From Rubripirellula sp. (GTDB taxonomy: Bacteria > Planctomycetota > Planctomycetia > Pirellulales > Pirellulaceae): DNA of 64,000 nt. The notes beneath the pieces are model-generated. The model was not told where the DNA came from and did not search any database. It was given only the letters and a program-made list of their open reading frames with translations. Of the stretch, positions 9,894 to 20,248 are shown in pieces. The translations under genes were made by a program, and so were the position numbers. Numbering within the stretch: position 1 is the first letter of the stretch; every line of letters begins with the position of its first letter. The stretch lies in the NCBI GenBank assembly GCA_965216875.1, contig OZ244207.1, positions 7,936,001-8,000,000 of the forward strand. Direction: 5' to 3'.

Positions 9894-10313
9894 CTAGGTA
9901 CCCGGCAAACTCGACGCATCGAACACATCGGGTAACAATTCGGAAAGACGTTTGATTCGATGGGATCCATCTTCAACGTCGGCCATGATCACCCACGTGT
10001 CGAGGGCGAATTCGGAAAGGAATTGCCGACATGCGCCGCAGGGGGAGACGCCCCCTTTGGTCACGACCGCTACGGCGCGCCAGTACCGGTGGCCAGCCGC
10101 GACGGCCGATGCGGCAGCAACGCGTTCGGCACACAAGCACATTGAATAGCTTGCGTTTTCGACATTGCATCCAATGATGATTTCGCCGTCGGGAAGCAAC
10201 AGTGCGGCGCCGACGAGGAAGTTGCTATGTTCGGCAAACGCTCGCAGGCGAGCTTCCGTGGCAGCCGACACCAAGCGGTCAATCTCGTCGGTCGTCAATT
10301 CGGGATTGGACAT
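9894..10313 (-). CDS. cdd: Cytidine deaminase
   Basis: GCNVENASY, CAER and PCGACRQ zinc-deaminase motifs of the tetrameric Cdd type. Confidence 0.95.
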   Translation of the reverse strand: MSNPELTTDEIDRLVSAATEARLRAFAEHSNFLVGAALLLPDGEIIIGCNVENASYSMCLCAERVAAASAVAAGHRYWRAVAVVTKGGVSPCGACRQFLSEFALDTWVIMADVEDGSHRIKRLSELLPDVFDASSLPGT

Positions 10314-10338
10314 TCGATCTCAGTTAAGTTTCTTTGGC

Positions 10339-11628
10339 TTAGCGGCGCTCGATGATCAATGGTCTTGCATCAATGGGATCGCTCGAAACGGTGACTGCCG
10401 ACTGCAACGCGGCGTGCATTTTCGAAGAAAGTTCGTCGCGAGAAAAAACGGTCAGCAGCGGTTGCCCCTGTTGGATTGGATCGCCAATCCTTGAATGAAT
10501 CGTCAAGCCAACGCTGTGGTCGATCTCGTCGCCGGTTTTTCGTCGTCCACCGCCGAGTTCCACGACCGTTTCGCCCAGCGTTTCGCAATCGACAGACGAC
10601 GCGAAACCATCTGTCGTGGATTCGATCACCGTCTCACGACCAAGAGAGATCGGGTGATTCAAGTTTCCGCTTTGAGCGTGAATCATTTTCTCGAAACGTT
10701 CCATTGCTTGGCCGTTGTCGAGTGATCGCTCGAGTGCTTCACGCGCCGCATCGAGATTGTCATGGATTTTTACGGCGACAAGCACGTCGGCGCACAATTC
10801 GATGGTGAGCGACCGAACTTCGGCTGGCCCTTCGCCACGCAAGACATCGATCGATTCATTCACTTCGACGGCGTTTCCGACCGCCGCGCCGAGCGGTTGG
10901 TCCATGTCCGACAGAATCGCGGTCGTCGGCATCCCAGCTTGACCGCCAACACGAACGATCGAATCGGCAAGTTGTTCTGCTTGTTCGAGCGTTTTCATAA
11001 AGGCGGCGTCGCCAACTTTGACATCCATTACCAAGGCATCCAAATTCGCCGCCAGTTTTTTGCTGAGGATGCTTGCGGTGATCAGCGGGACAGACTCGAC
11101 CGTTCCGGTGACATCGCGAAGCGAATAGAGCCGTCGGTCGGCCGGCGCGATGCTTTCCGATGCGCTGATGATGAATGCGCCGACGTCCTCAAGGATTTGG
11201 CTGGAACGTTCGATTTCCAAGTTGCAATCGAATCCCTCGATCGCTTCGAGTTTGTCGAGCGTGCCGCCGGAGAGGCCAAGGCCGCGCCCGGAAACCATCG
11301 GAACATCGACTCCCTGACATGCCAGCAGTGGTGCGAGGATCAGTGAGACCTTATCCCCCAGGCCGCCAGTGCTGTGTTTGTCCACGCGAGGGCGGGCCGT
11401 GGCCGAGCCGGAAGGCCGCGGCAGACGATCGCCACTTTCGAGCATTGCAAGGGTAAGCGTGGTGATTTCCCGGGGTTCCATTCCCTGCAAGCAGATTGCC
11501 ATCGCGAGTGCCGACATTTGATAGTCCGCAACTTCGCCACGGCAAAAGCCGTCGACAAGAAAGCGAATCTCATCGTCAGTCAGAGCGTGTCCGTCGCGTT
11601 TTTTCACTAATAGAGAGGCGGCAAGCAT
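10339..11628 (-). CDS. pdp: Pyrimidine-nucleoside/thymidine phosphorylase
   Basis: KKRDG, DKHSTGG.GDK, SGRGLG.SGGTLDKLE and ITASILSKK. Start trimmed to MLAASLL at 11628. Confidence 0.95.
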   Translation of the reverse strand: MLAASLLVKKRDGHALTDDEIRFLVDGFCRGEVADYQMSALAMAICLQGMEPREITTLTLAMLESGDRLPRPSGSATARPRVDKHSTGGLGDKVSLILAPLLACQGVDVPMVSGRGLGLSGGTLDKLEAIEGFDCNLEIERSSQILEDVGAFIISASESIAPADRRLYSLRDVTGTVESVPLITASILSKKLAANLDALVMDVKVGDAAFMKTLEQAEQLADSIVRVGGQAGMPTTAILSDMDQPLGAAVGNAVEVNESIDVLRGEGPAEVRSLTIELCADVLVAVKIHDNLDAAREALERSLDNGQAMERFEKMIHAQSGNLNHPISLGRETVIESTTDGFASSVDCETLGETVVELGGGRRKTGDEIDHSVGLTIHSRIGDPIQQGQPLLTVFSRDELSSKMHAALQSAVTVSSDPIDARPLIIERR

Positions 11629-11934
11629 CGTGACCAGCAGGGCGAGAGGAGCAAGTGTGGGCAGAGCCACGCGGCAAAGGGGACAGCACAGACTGCTGAC
11701 CACCCGCTATATTGCACTGTCTGTTTTGGTCGTTGGTCAAGCGTGCTTGCCGATTGTTGATCGTTTTGTACCAAGTTGTGCGAAGAGAATTGACGATTGC
11801 CCTTGCACGACTTGCCCACTGTCCAACAGGCCGTCGCAATTTCCAGGCCCTCGCAATCACTAGGCCCGCAGCTACGCCCTCGCATAAGCGTGGAACACTC
11901 GAGTGCCTGTCCGCCGCATCGAAATCGAATCAAC

Positions 11935-13164
11935 ATGTATCAGAGACTTTCGACGGTCCCCACGGTCGTCACCTTCCTTGCTTTGCTGATGATCACGCCG
12001 ACAATCGGGTTGGCCGACGATGGCGAAGAGCCGGTTGTGGCACAGCAAACCGACGCCGACCGAGCGGGGGCCCGCGAGCTTTCACGTGCCTTTCGGTTTG
12101 CCGCTCGCAAGGCGACCCCTTCTGTGGTGACCGTTTTGTCCTATGGCCAAAACGCGGGCCAAAACAATCAAAACCCTGACGCACCCCCTGTCGATCCCGC
12201 TCAACAATTGACGGGGCTCGGGTCCGGGGTGATCGTGAGTGAAGACGGAATGGTGATCACCAACAACCACGTGATTGCCAACGCGGTGCGCGTTGTGATC
12301 CAGCTGTACGACGAAACGGAGATCGAAGCGACAAACGTTCATGGCGATCCCGATAGCGATGTGGCGACGTTGCGAATCGAACAGGACTCGCCTTTGAAGT
12401 GTGCCGAAGTGGGTGACTCCGAAGATATGGAAATTGGCGACTGGGTGCTGGCCATCGGCAGTCCGTTTCGTCTCGAAGCGACTGTCAGTGCCGGGATCAT
12501 CAGCGCCAAGGATCGCAGCATCGCAAGAATTCGTCGGGCGCGATTGTTTCAAACCGACGCCGCCGTGAATCCAGGAAACTCCGGTGGCCCTCTGATCGAT
12601 TTGGACGGCCGCGTGATCGCGATCAACACCGCGATTGCTACTCGGATTGGTGGTTATCAAGGCGTCGGGTTCGCCATTCCGATCAACCATGCCAAATGGA
12701 TCGCGGATGAACTTGCCAAACATGGCGAAGTGCGACGCGCGGCGATTGGCATTCGGATGGCCGAGTTGAAGCCAAAGATTGCGGTTCGCTTCAACCTGCC
12801 CCCTTCGCTTGGCGTTCTCGCTTATGAAGTGATCAAAGATTCTGCTGCGGATCGCGCGGGTGTGAAGCCGCGTGATGTGATCCTTGAATTCGCTGGTCAA
12901 CGTGTTCGCAATCCGAGTGGATTGCAGGAAGTGATTGAACGCGAGCCCATTGGTTCGAAACAGAAGGTGAAGATTTATCGCAAAGGCGAAGAAATCACGC
13001 TCGAAGTCGAACTTGCACCGCTGGAGGACCCAACGGTCTCCTCCGCAGACGACGAAGAAGACAAGGACGACGAAGAAGACAAGGACGACGAAGAAGACAA
13101 GGACGATAAAGAAGACCAGGACGATGAGGAGAAAGGGGATTCATCCGAGACCGATTCACCCTAA
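11935..13164 (+). CDS. HtrA/DegP-family serine protease with one PDZ domain and acidic tail
   Basis: GSGVIV, TNNHVI, DVATL and QTDAAVNPGNSGGPL. PDZ region SAADRAGVKPRDVI. Likely start MYQRL, followed by a signal peptide. Confidence 0.93.
   Translation: MYQRLSTVPTVVTFLALLMITPTIGLADDGEEPVVAQQTDADRAGARELSRAFRFAARKATPSVVTVLSYGQNAGQNNQNPDAPPVDPAQQLTGLGSGVIVSEDGMVITNNHVIANAVRVVIQLYDETEIEATNVHGDPDSDVATLRIEQDSPLKCAEVGDSEDMEIGDWVLAIGSPFRLEATVSAGIISAKDRSIARIRRARLFQTDAAVNPGNSGGPLIDLDGRVIAINTAIATRIGGYQGVGFAIPINHAKWIADELAKHGEVRRAAIGIRMAELKPKIAVRFNLPPSLGVLAYEVIKDSAADRAGVKPRDVILEFAGQRVRNPSGLQEVIEREPIGSKQKVKIYRKGEEITLEVELAPLEDPTVSSADDEEDKDDEEDKDDEEDKDDKEDQDDEEKGDSSETDSP
13048..13137 (+). repeat. 18-bp in-frame tandem repeat (DDEEDK) in HtrA tail
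   Basis: GACGACGAAGAAGACAAG occurs three times perfectly (13048-13101), followed by two degenerate copies. Confidence 0.95.
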
Positions 13165-13239
13165 CACTGTAGGCCGGATCAATGAGCGACAGCGACGCAG
13201 ATCCGGCACGAACTTATCGTCACCGGTGCTCTTCACCTT

Positions 13240-14217
13240 TTACTCGACCACTTCACGGATGAAGTTGGGTGTCGGGTCCGACTTGCCCTTTTTGTCACAG
13301 CGGAAAAACTCGCTGACGTAGCGGACGGGCGTCTTCTTTTCTGGCACTTTGAATCGATCACCTTTTTGCAGGACGGGTCGAAACTCGTCCATGCGTCCAA
13401 ATTGACGCGTGCCGGCTGCCTGGCAGGGGAACCAATGCCCGTTGCCATCGGGATCTTCGAGATAAAACTCGGGGTAGCAGTGGTCTGGAATCCAAACCAC
13501 GCGAGCCGGGATTTTGGCGTTGCGGCACATCGCAACGAACAAACTTGTCATCTCTTCGCAATCGCCCTTGCCGTCTCGCAAAGCATCCGAAGCACTCTTG
13601 AGCGAGCCTTCGACGTACTGGACTTTTTCGCGAACATAGTCGTAGATCAACTCGACCCGTTCCCAATCGTTGGCGGCGTCCATCGCAGCGACTTCGCGCC
13701 ATGCTGCTTTGATACGGCGGTCGGACGCATCGATGTAGGGACTGTTGCCAAGGAACATGCGAAGTTCGCGGCCAGTTCGCTTGGGAATGACGAGGTCATC
13801 GGTCACATCGGGCGCGATGATCCGGCTGCGTTCGACTTCGACAAGGAACGTCGCTTCGACGGTCGAACCGCCCGGTACACGGGCCATTTGAAGCACGATT
13901 TGTTGTGCACCATCGCCCAATTCGCGCGGTGCCCAACGCGTGACCAGAGGACTGATTTTTTGATCGACCACTCGCACCTTTTGCTCGGGCCAATCTTGGG
14001 GCACGGGAAAGGTTGCCAACACGTTGGTGCAGGTCACCGGCGTCTGCAAAACGAGACCGATTCGCCACGTTTGTGTTTGTGGCGATTCGTAGCCAAGGCG
14101 AGGCGTGACCGCGTCGTCGTCTGAGTCGTCGGCCAGCAACACCGAAGGCATTGCAACGAGTGATGCCGTAGCAGCAAGGAAGTGTCGACGATTCGTTTGA
14201 AAGTTTGCGTGATGCAT
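13240..14217 (-). CDS. Tat-exported transglutaminase-like domain protein
   Basis: NRRHFL twin-arginine signal; GDCEEMTSLFVAMCR..KIPAR and HCYPEF. Confidence 0.85.
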   Translation of the reverse strand: MHHANFQTNRRHFLAATASLVAMPSVLLADDSDDDAVTPRLGYESPQTQTWRIGLVLQTPVTCTNVLATFPVPQDWPEQKVRVVDQKISPLVTRWAPRELGDGAQQIVLQMARVPGGSTVEATFLVEVERSRIIAPDVTDDLVIPKRTGRELRMFLGNSPYIDASDRRIKAAWREVAAMDAANDWERVELIYDYVREKVQYVEGSLKSASDALRDGKGDCEEMTSLFVAMCRNAKIPARVVWIPDHCYPEFYLEDPDGNGHWFPCQAAGTRQFGRMDEFRPVLQKGDRFKVPEKKTPVRYVSEFFRCDKKGKSDPTPNFIREVVE

Positions 14218-14479
14218 GATGGTTGCAAAGAGAGTCGTTGCGAAAAATCGAAACGGCCGGAGCTTGAACCGGCAGGTTATGCCGACCGCGCTCCGGCCGT
14301 CGCTCGCTACGGTTCATCGCCAAGCGATTGTCTTGATTGACCAAGCGAACCTAGGCTTGGAACCATTCAGTCTAGTAGCTGGCGATTGATCGTTTTCAAA
14401 AAAGTCCGCCAATGTTCGCTGAAAAACAACGCCCGGACGGGCGGACCTGCGGCACTACTGAGTGACACTATTGAGTGCA

Positions 14480-14947
14480 CTATTGTGCGGGGGTCGGTAC
14501 GGGGACCGACTCGCTGACGATCAGGTCGCCCTGTGCATCGTAGCGCCGTGCTTCCCAGTCACCCATGTAGCCATTGCCGACAACGTCACCTTCAACAACG
14601 ACACCGTTCATGTAGGGGTCGTGACTGATGACTTCTTGGCCGACACCACAACCACAAGCGTTGCCGCTATGAGCTGCACCATAGCTGGGCGCGTAGGTCG
14701 CGCCGTTGCAGCCACAACCCGTTTGTGGTGCGACCACCATGTTCTGTTGAGGCGCGGGCGGGCATTGCGGTGCACAAGGCTGCGCTGCCGCAGTGTTGTA
14801 GTTAGGTGCGGGAGCTTGATTGTCGAGTCGGTTGCACAGACCACAGCGTGCGCCGCGTCCGAACAGGAAGTTTCGCATCCCCGAGCAACCACCCGAGAAG
14901 GTCAATAGCGTTAGAGCCGCCACAACCGTGATAATGCGTGTGTTCAT
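14480..14947 (-). CDS. Cys/Pro-rich putative lipoprotein, unknown function
   Basis: MNTRIITVVAALTLLTFSGGC lipobox-like signal; CGLC, GCGC and ACGCG low-complexity segments. Confidence 0.7.
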   Translation of the reverse strand: MNTRIITVVAALTLLTFSGGCSGMRNFLFGRGARCGLCNRLDNQAPAPNYNTAAAQPCAPQCPPAPQQNMVVAPQTGCGCNGATYAPSYGAAHSGNACGCGVGQEVISHDPYMNGVVVEGDVVGNGYMGDWEARRYDAQGDLIVSESVPVPTPAQ

Positions 14948-15245
14948 TGTGATGTCCTTGAATTGCATAGCGAGCGTATTCGGTGATCTCGAGGATGAGA
15001 CCGCTCAAAATTAGGTCGCTCTGAGTGTTGTGCAAACGCAACATCGTTTTTTTTCTGCAACAATTCGTTGCGGTAATGCAGCGGGTGACCTAGCTATTAA
15101 CTACCCACCTGCCCCACGCATCACGGCCACTGCATTGAAGGAACGCATTGGTGTGCCGATTGTTCCGATTACAACACCGTTCGGAGTCCGTTGTTGGATC
15201 GTTGTTCAACCGACTCGCTTACCCTTGATTTGCTTCCCACCTGTG

Positions 15246-16340
15246 ATGCTTACCTCTCACTGTGCAATCCGCCTAAACCGTACTCTCGCAGCGCTGACAT
15301 GTGCGTTCGCTTTGTTGATTACAAATGCCGACGCCGAGACTCATGCGGACGTTAACGCTGTCGATTCATCGCACGCCGAACCCATTGAATTGCTTTCGGC
15401 CCCCGACTCCACATTGATCCCTGACTCCACATTGATCTCTGAGGCGGCGACCTCGATCGAAGAGGCCAAGGATCGATTCTGGTTGGTCAACACACGCGGG
15501 ATGAGCAGCGATACCTGTCGGGCGAATCTTCAAAACCCGAACTTTCGCTTTCGGCGTATGTATTGCGGACGTCCTTCGGAGCCAACGACGCTCGACGACT
15601 ACGTCGCGAGGCTCGGTGAAGGACGACGTGTCGTGATGTATGTCCATGGCAATCGCCTTGATCACTGCGATGCCGTTAAACGCAGCAATATCATCTACCG
15701 GAACATTCGTTGTCGCTGTGGCGATGGTCCGATCGATTGGGTCTTGTTTAGCTGGCCCGCCAGCAAACAAGGCACGCTGATTCATGACTTCCGCGAGAAA
15801 GCGGGTCGGACCGACGCGCAAGGCCTTTACCTAGCATGGTTGTTACGCAAACACGTCGATGGCTCGATGCCGACCGCATTGATCGGCTACAGCTTTGGTG
15901 CTCGCGTCGTGACTGGATCTCTGCACGCACTTGCTGGCGGTCGACTCGGCGGTCGAAAACTACCTGGGGACGCGGTCGTTGGCGCCAACTTTGATGCCGG
16001 TCTGGTCGCTCCGGCTCTGGAAAGCCACTGGATGGAGCCGCGAGGCTACCACGGTCGAGCGACGAAGAACCTTGACCGTCTGGTGGTGTTGTACAACCGA
16101 CGAGATGCGGTTTTAAAGCGATATTGGTTGCTTGATCGGGTGCGCAGCAACGTCGCGCTCGGTTACAGTGGTCCCAAAGCCTTCGGTCCTCGAGCCGACG
16201 GTTCGAGGTTATCAGTACGTGCTCGCGATTGTGCCCGGTTCGTCGGGTTGCAGCACGACGAAGTGGACTACTACACCTCGCCCTGCGGTGCGGGACGAGA
16301 CATGGCAAACCTGATTCATGACACAACCATCACCCACTGA
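15246..16340 (+). CDS. Secreted alpha/beta hydrolase (DUF900-like)
   Basis: YVHGN, FSWP, GYSFGAR nucleophile elbow, N.RD.VL and a C-terminal His. An 18-bp duplication (PDSTLI x2) lies at 15402-15437. Start uncertain. Confidence 0.75.
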   Translation: MLTSHCAIRLNRTLAALTCAFALLITNADAETHADVNAVDSSHAEPIELLSAPDSTLIPDSTLISEAATSIEEAKDRFWLVNTRGMSSDTCRANLQNPNFRFRRMYCGRPSEPTTLDDYVARLGEGRRVVMYVHGNRLDHCDAVKRSNIIYRNIRCRCGDGPIDWVLFSWPASKQGTLIHDFREKAGRTDAQGLYLAWLLRKHVDGSMPTALIGYSFGARVVTGSLHALAGGRLGGRKLPGDAVVGANFDAGLVAPALESHWMEPRGYHGRATKNLDRLVVLYNRRDAVLKRYWLLDRVRSNVALGYSGPKAFGPRADGSRLSVRARDCARFVGLQHDEVDYYTSPCGAGRDMANLIHDTTITH

Positions 16341-17223
16341 TTCCAACGGTTCCCATTCACTCTCCCCTGCGATTGGCCTGTTGGGTGGACGTTGGGTTGA
16401 TCAAGATCAGCTCGTGCTACCTGTCAACGACATTGGTTTTCGACAGGGTGCGACCGCCGTCGAGCGAATGCGGACTTACGGCGGCGAGGTGTTTCAACTC
16501 GATTCGCATCTGGATCGATGGCAGGAGACGGTGGCCCAGCTGGGGATCGAAGGCTTGCCACTTCGAGCGGCGTTGGCGATTTTGATCGATGAACTGATCG
16601 GTCGAAACGGCGACTTTGCGGACGCGGCGGGCGAATTCGGGATCACGATGTTCGCGACCCCCGGTTGCCTCTCTGCAGATCCACCGGTGCCAACCTTTTG
16701 TTTACACCTCAATCCGATCAATCTCGACCTCGTTGCCAAGCGTCGCGAACATGGCCAACCGCTGGTCATGACCGGGGTGCGGCAACCCGCCGCGGAATGC
16801 TGGCCACGCGCGATCAAGGTTCGCTCGCGACTGCATTACTACTTGGCCGATGAGATCGCATCCGGACAGGGTGCCGATACGCTCGGGTTGTTGACCGACG
16901 AAGACGGTAGCGTGACCGAAACGAGTATCGCGAACATTGCGATCGTGACCGAGGGCGAAATTGTTTCGCCAGGACGTCATCAGGTCTTGGGCGGAATCAC
17001 CCAGCAAGTCGTGGAAGCGGCCGCGGCCGATCTTGGGATTCGCTGGAATACGGTTAGCCTGTCCCCCAAATTGGTCGAAACGGCCGACGAAGTCTTGTTG
17101 ATGGGCACCGATGGCGGACTGTGGTTCGCCAATGCCTTTGACGGACGTGCAGTCAACGATGGTAAACCCGGCGAAGTTTACGGCCGCCTGCTCAAGCGAT
17201 TTGATGAGATCGCGCACAGCTAG
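16318..17223 (+). CDS. Class IV PLP aminotransferase (IlvE/Dat/PabC family)
   Basis: D.GFRQG...ERMRTY, HLDR, IKVRSRLHY, ETSIANI, LGGITQ and ADEVLL.GT. Confidence 0.9.
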   Translation: MTQPSPTDSNGSHSLSPAIGLLGGRWVDQDQLVLPVNDIGFRQGATAVERMRTYGGEVFQLDSHLDRWQETVAQLGIEGLPLRAALAILIDELIGRNGDFADAAGEFGITMFATPGCLSADPPVPTFCLHLNPINLDLVAKRREHGQPLVMTGVRQPAAECWPRAIKVRSRLHYYLADEIASGQGADTLGLLTDEDGSVTETSIANIAIVTEGEIVSPGRHQVLGGITQQVVEAAAADLGIRWNTVSLSPKLVETADEVLLMGTDGGLWFANAFDGRAVNDGKPGEVYGRLLKRFDEIAHS

Positions 17224-17272
17224 TCCCCACCTTCCACCCCACCTCGTTACCCCGCTCCGCGTGGTAACGCCG

Positions 17273-17436
17273 TTTGTCGTCCAGCCTTCAGGCGGTTTGG
17301 TGAGAAGATTCCGGCCAGAGCTCGGTACTACGAACTGGCGCCTTCCGGCCCCCGTGAGCCGAACGCGCTAGTCTAGCGTCGGGCCTTGCACTCTTTGGCA
17401 TCTCGGAGGGGCCGACGCTAGCGCGTTCGGCTCATG
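17273..17436. repeat. REP/REPIN cluster (family A pair plus family B pair)
   Basis: Degenerate A1 at 17273-17295 with inverted A2 at 17306-17335. B (GTGAGCCGAACGCGCTAG..CGTCGGGCC) at 17353-17385 with an inverted copy at 17408-17436. Confidence 0.85.
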
Positions 17437-17576
17437 AGAATCTCAGCCTCTTCGCACACCCCACCACACGAATTCGTATCTCCCCGTCTCACTTGGGCAT
17501 CGCGACCAGTTAAACTGTTTGCCGTTGTGATACTCGGTTCTGTGATAAGTCATTGCAAAGGGAGTTCGACTCGGTG

Positions 17577-18590
17577 ATGAGTTTTGCTCGGCATCTATTC
17601 GGATGGTTACTGGTTTCGACAGTTTTGTTGGGTGGATGTAGCTCATCGTCCAATACGGCTTCAAGTGATCCTGCTGAAGGCGGCGAAAAGACGATTCGCA
17701 TTGCGGTGATTCCTAAGGGGACGACGCACGAATTTTGGAAGTCGATCCACTACGGTGCCAAGCAGGCTGCGGAAGAAATTGGCAACGTCGAGATCATCTG
17801 GCGTGGTCCCGTGATCGAGAGTGACACCGGCAAGCAGATCGAGGTTGTCAAATCGATGGTCACAATGCAGGTCGACGGCATCGTTCTCGCACCGAATCAA
17901 AAGAGCGGCCTTGTCGATACGGTCAATGAGGTCATCGACGAGGGCATTCCTGTTGTCATCTTTGACAGTGGATTGGATGAAGGTCCCGAAATCGTCAGTT
18001 ACGTTGCGACCGACAATTTCAAGGGTGGCCAAATGGCGGCCGACGCGATGGCAAACGCGATTGGTGAAGAGGGCAATGTGATCCTACTGCGTTATGTTGC
18101 CGGCAGCGAAAGCACAGAGCAACGTGAAGAAGGATTCTTGGACGGACTGAAAAAGTACCCCAACATCAAAGTCGTTTCGAGTGACCAACGTGGGGGCGAC
18201 ACCACGACCGAGTCCAAAGAGAAGGTCGATCAGTTGTTGCAGATTCACCACAACGAAAACAACAAGCTGAGTGGGATCTTTGCCGTCTGCGAGCCGAATG
18301 CGAACGGTGCTCTTGAAGCGCTTCGCAACGCGGGTGTGAACAAAGAGGTCAAGATGATCGCCTTTGACCCGAGTGATGCGTTGATCGAAGGACTCGAGGA
18401 TGGTTCGGTTTCCGGGATCGTTTTGCAAGATCCGGTAACGATGGGTTACACCTCGGTCAAAACGATCGTGGCGTCGATGAACGGCGAGTCATCGGACGCG
18501 TTCATTTCGACCGGTGAATATGTCGCGACGCCCGAGAACATGGGTGAAGACCGGTACAAGGAACTCCTGCAACCTGCGATCGAAGAGTAG
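17577..18590 (+). CDS. Sugar ABC transporter substrate-binding lipoprotein (RbsB-like)
   Basis: Lipobox LLGGC; IAVIPKGTTHEFW, GIPVVIFDS, VATDNFKGG and QDPVTMGY. Confidence 0.92.
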   Translation: MSFARHLFGWLLVSTVLLGGCSSSSNTASSDPAEGGEKTIRIAVIPKGTTHEFWKSIHYGAKQAAEEIGNVEIIWRGPVIESDTGKQIEVVKSMVTMQVDGIVLAPNQKSGLVDTVNEVIDEGIPVVIFDSGLDEGPEIVSYVATDNFKGGQMAADAMANAIGEEGNVILLRYVAGSESTEQREEGFLDGLKKYPNIKVVSSDQRGGDTTTESKEKVDQLLQIHHNENNKLSGIFAVCEPNANGALEALRNAGVNKEVKMIAFDPSDALIEGLEDGSVSGIVLQDPVTMGYTSVKTIVASMNGESSDAFISTGEYVATPENMGEDRYKELLQPAIEE

Positions 18591-18728
18591 CCGGCCGGCT
18601 CACGCCCTCCTCCCACCACAAGCCATCCCTCCCTTTCACTTTGCTCATGCGGTCGCATCATTTCGACCCAGAGCAAAGTGTTTTCCTACTGACATCGGTC
18701 ACGATCTTACGCTAGCCAGCTGCTTGCG

Positions 18729-20219
18729 ATGGAAGAAAACGTCTTGCTCGAAATGAAGGGCATCAACAAGCGGTTCGGGCCGACCCGTGCGCTTGCCGAT
18801 GTGTCGCTGCAAGTGCGTCGATCGCGTGTGTTGGCCTTGATTGGCGAAAACGGTGCGGGCAAGAGCACGCTTCTCAAAACTCTTAGCGGTGCGCATCGAT
18901 CTGATTCAGGGACGATGACGATCGACGGAAACGAGTTCCAGCCATCCGGACCGGCCGACGCTCTTTCCAGCGGCGTGGCGATGATCTACCAGGAGCTTAA
19001 CCTGGCACCCGACCTGAGTGTTGAAGACAACTTGATGCTCGGAAAACCGGGCAGCGGTCTGGGGTTGCTCAAGCGATGGCAGCAGCGAGACCGTGTGCTT
19101 GAGGCGTTGCATTCGGTGGGGCTCGGCTCGTTACATCCAAGCGAAACGGTTGGACGGCAATCAGTGGCAACACAGCAGTTGATCGAGATCGCGCGAGCCT
19201 TGATCAGCGAACCGAAAATCATCCTGTTTGACGAGCCAACCAGTTCGCTTCCGCAAAAGGACGTCCAACGTCTGTTCGAGATCATTCATGGATTGAAAAA
19301 GAAGGGGCTGGGAATCGTTTACATCAGCCACTTTCTTGAAGAAGTGCGCGAAGTGGCCGACGATTACGCCGTGCTGCGCGATGGAAACAACGTGGGTGAA
19401 GGCAAAATCGCGGACGTCAGCGACGATGAAATCATCTCGTTGATGGTTGGTCGCGATGTCGAGCATCTTTTCCCGACCGTACCTCACACGCCGGGCGATC
19501 CCTGGGTCGAAGTGGATGCGTTGACCGGTTCGCCAATGCCGAAGGGGGTCACGTTGTCACTTCGGCGCGGCGAGATCTTTGGTGTCGCTGGTCTGGTTGG
19601 CGCCGGTCGCACGGAACTGGTTCGCGCAATTTTCGGACTCGATGCAGTTGATGCAGGAACGGTTGTTGTTGAAGGAAAGCAAATACGAAAGTCAATTCGC
19701 TCGCGAATGGCAGCGGGGTTCAGCTTGCTGTCCGAGGATCGGAAAAACGAAGGTCTCGCCCAGGACTTGTCGATCGTCGAAAACATCACGATGGGGTCGT
19801 TGTCGCCCTACACAACGGCTGGCGTTCTCGATTTGAAACGTCGTGAGAAGGACGCTGCCGAATTGATGCGCACCGTCGAGGTCAAAGCGCACTCGGGCGG
19901 CCAGAGTGTTTCCGAGCTTTCAGGGGGCAATCAACAGAAGGTTGCAATTGCGAGAATCTTGCATCAAAAGGCAGACATCTTGATGCTGGATGAACCAACC
20001 AAAGGCATCGATGTGGGGACGAAAGCGGAGGTGTACCGGATGATGGGTGAGCTCGCGGCGGAAGGTAAAACGGTCGTCTTCATCAGCTCGTACCTTCCCG
20101 AGCTGCTTGCTGTCTGTGATCGCATTGGCGTGATGTCTCGCGGTGAAATGCGTCAGGTCAGTGACACGTCCGAGTGGACCGAAGATGCGGTGATGGCTGC
20201 GGCGATCTCGCTCGATTAG
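18729..20219 (+). CDS. Sugar ABC transporter ATP-binding protein (RbsA-like, two ABC domains)
   Basis: GENGAGKS, FDEPT, ISH, LSGGNQQK and LDEPTKGIDVG. Confidence 0.95.
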   Translation: MEENVLLEMKGINKRFGPTRALADVSLQVRRSRVLALIGENGAGKSTLLKTLSGAHRSDSGTMTIDGNEFQPSGPADALSSGVAMIYQELNLAPDLSVEDNLMLGKPGSGLGLLKRWQQRDRVLEALHSVGLGSLHPSETVGRQSVATQQLIEIARALISEPKIILFDEPTSSLPQKDVQRLFEIIHGLKKKGLGIVYISHFLEEVREVADDYAVLRDGNNVGEGKIADVSDDEIISLMVGRDVEHLFPTVPHTPGDPWVEVDALTGSPMPKGVTLSLRRGEIFGVAGLVGAGRTELVRAIFGLDAVDAGTVVVEGKQIRKSIRSRMAAGFSLLSEDRKNEGLAQDLSIVENITMGSLSPYTTAGVLDLKRREKDAAELMRTVEVKAHSGGQSVSELSGGNQQKVAIARILHQKADILMLDEPTKGIDVGTKAEVYRMMGELAAEGKTVVFISSYLPELLAVCDRIGVMSRGEMRQVSDTSEWTEDAVMAAAISLD

Positions 20220-20248
20220 ATAAGACAAAGGTTCGAAGAGAAAACCAG

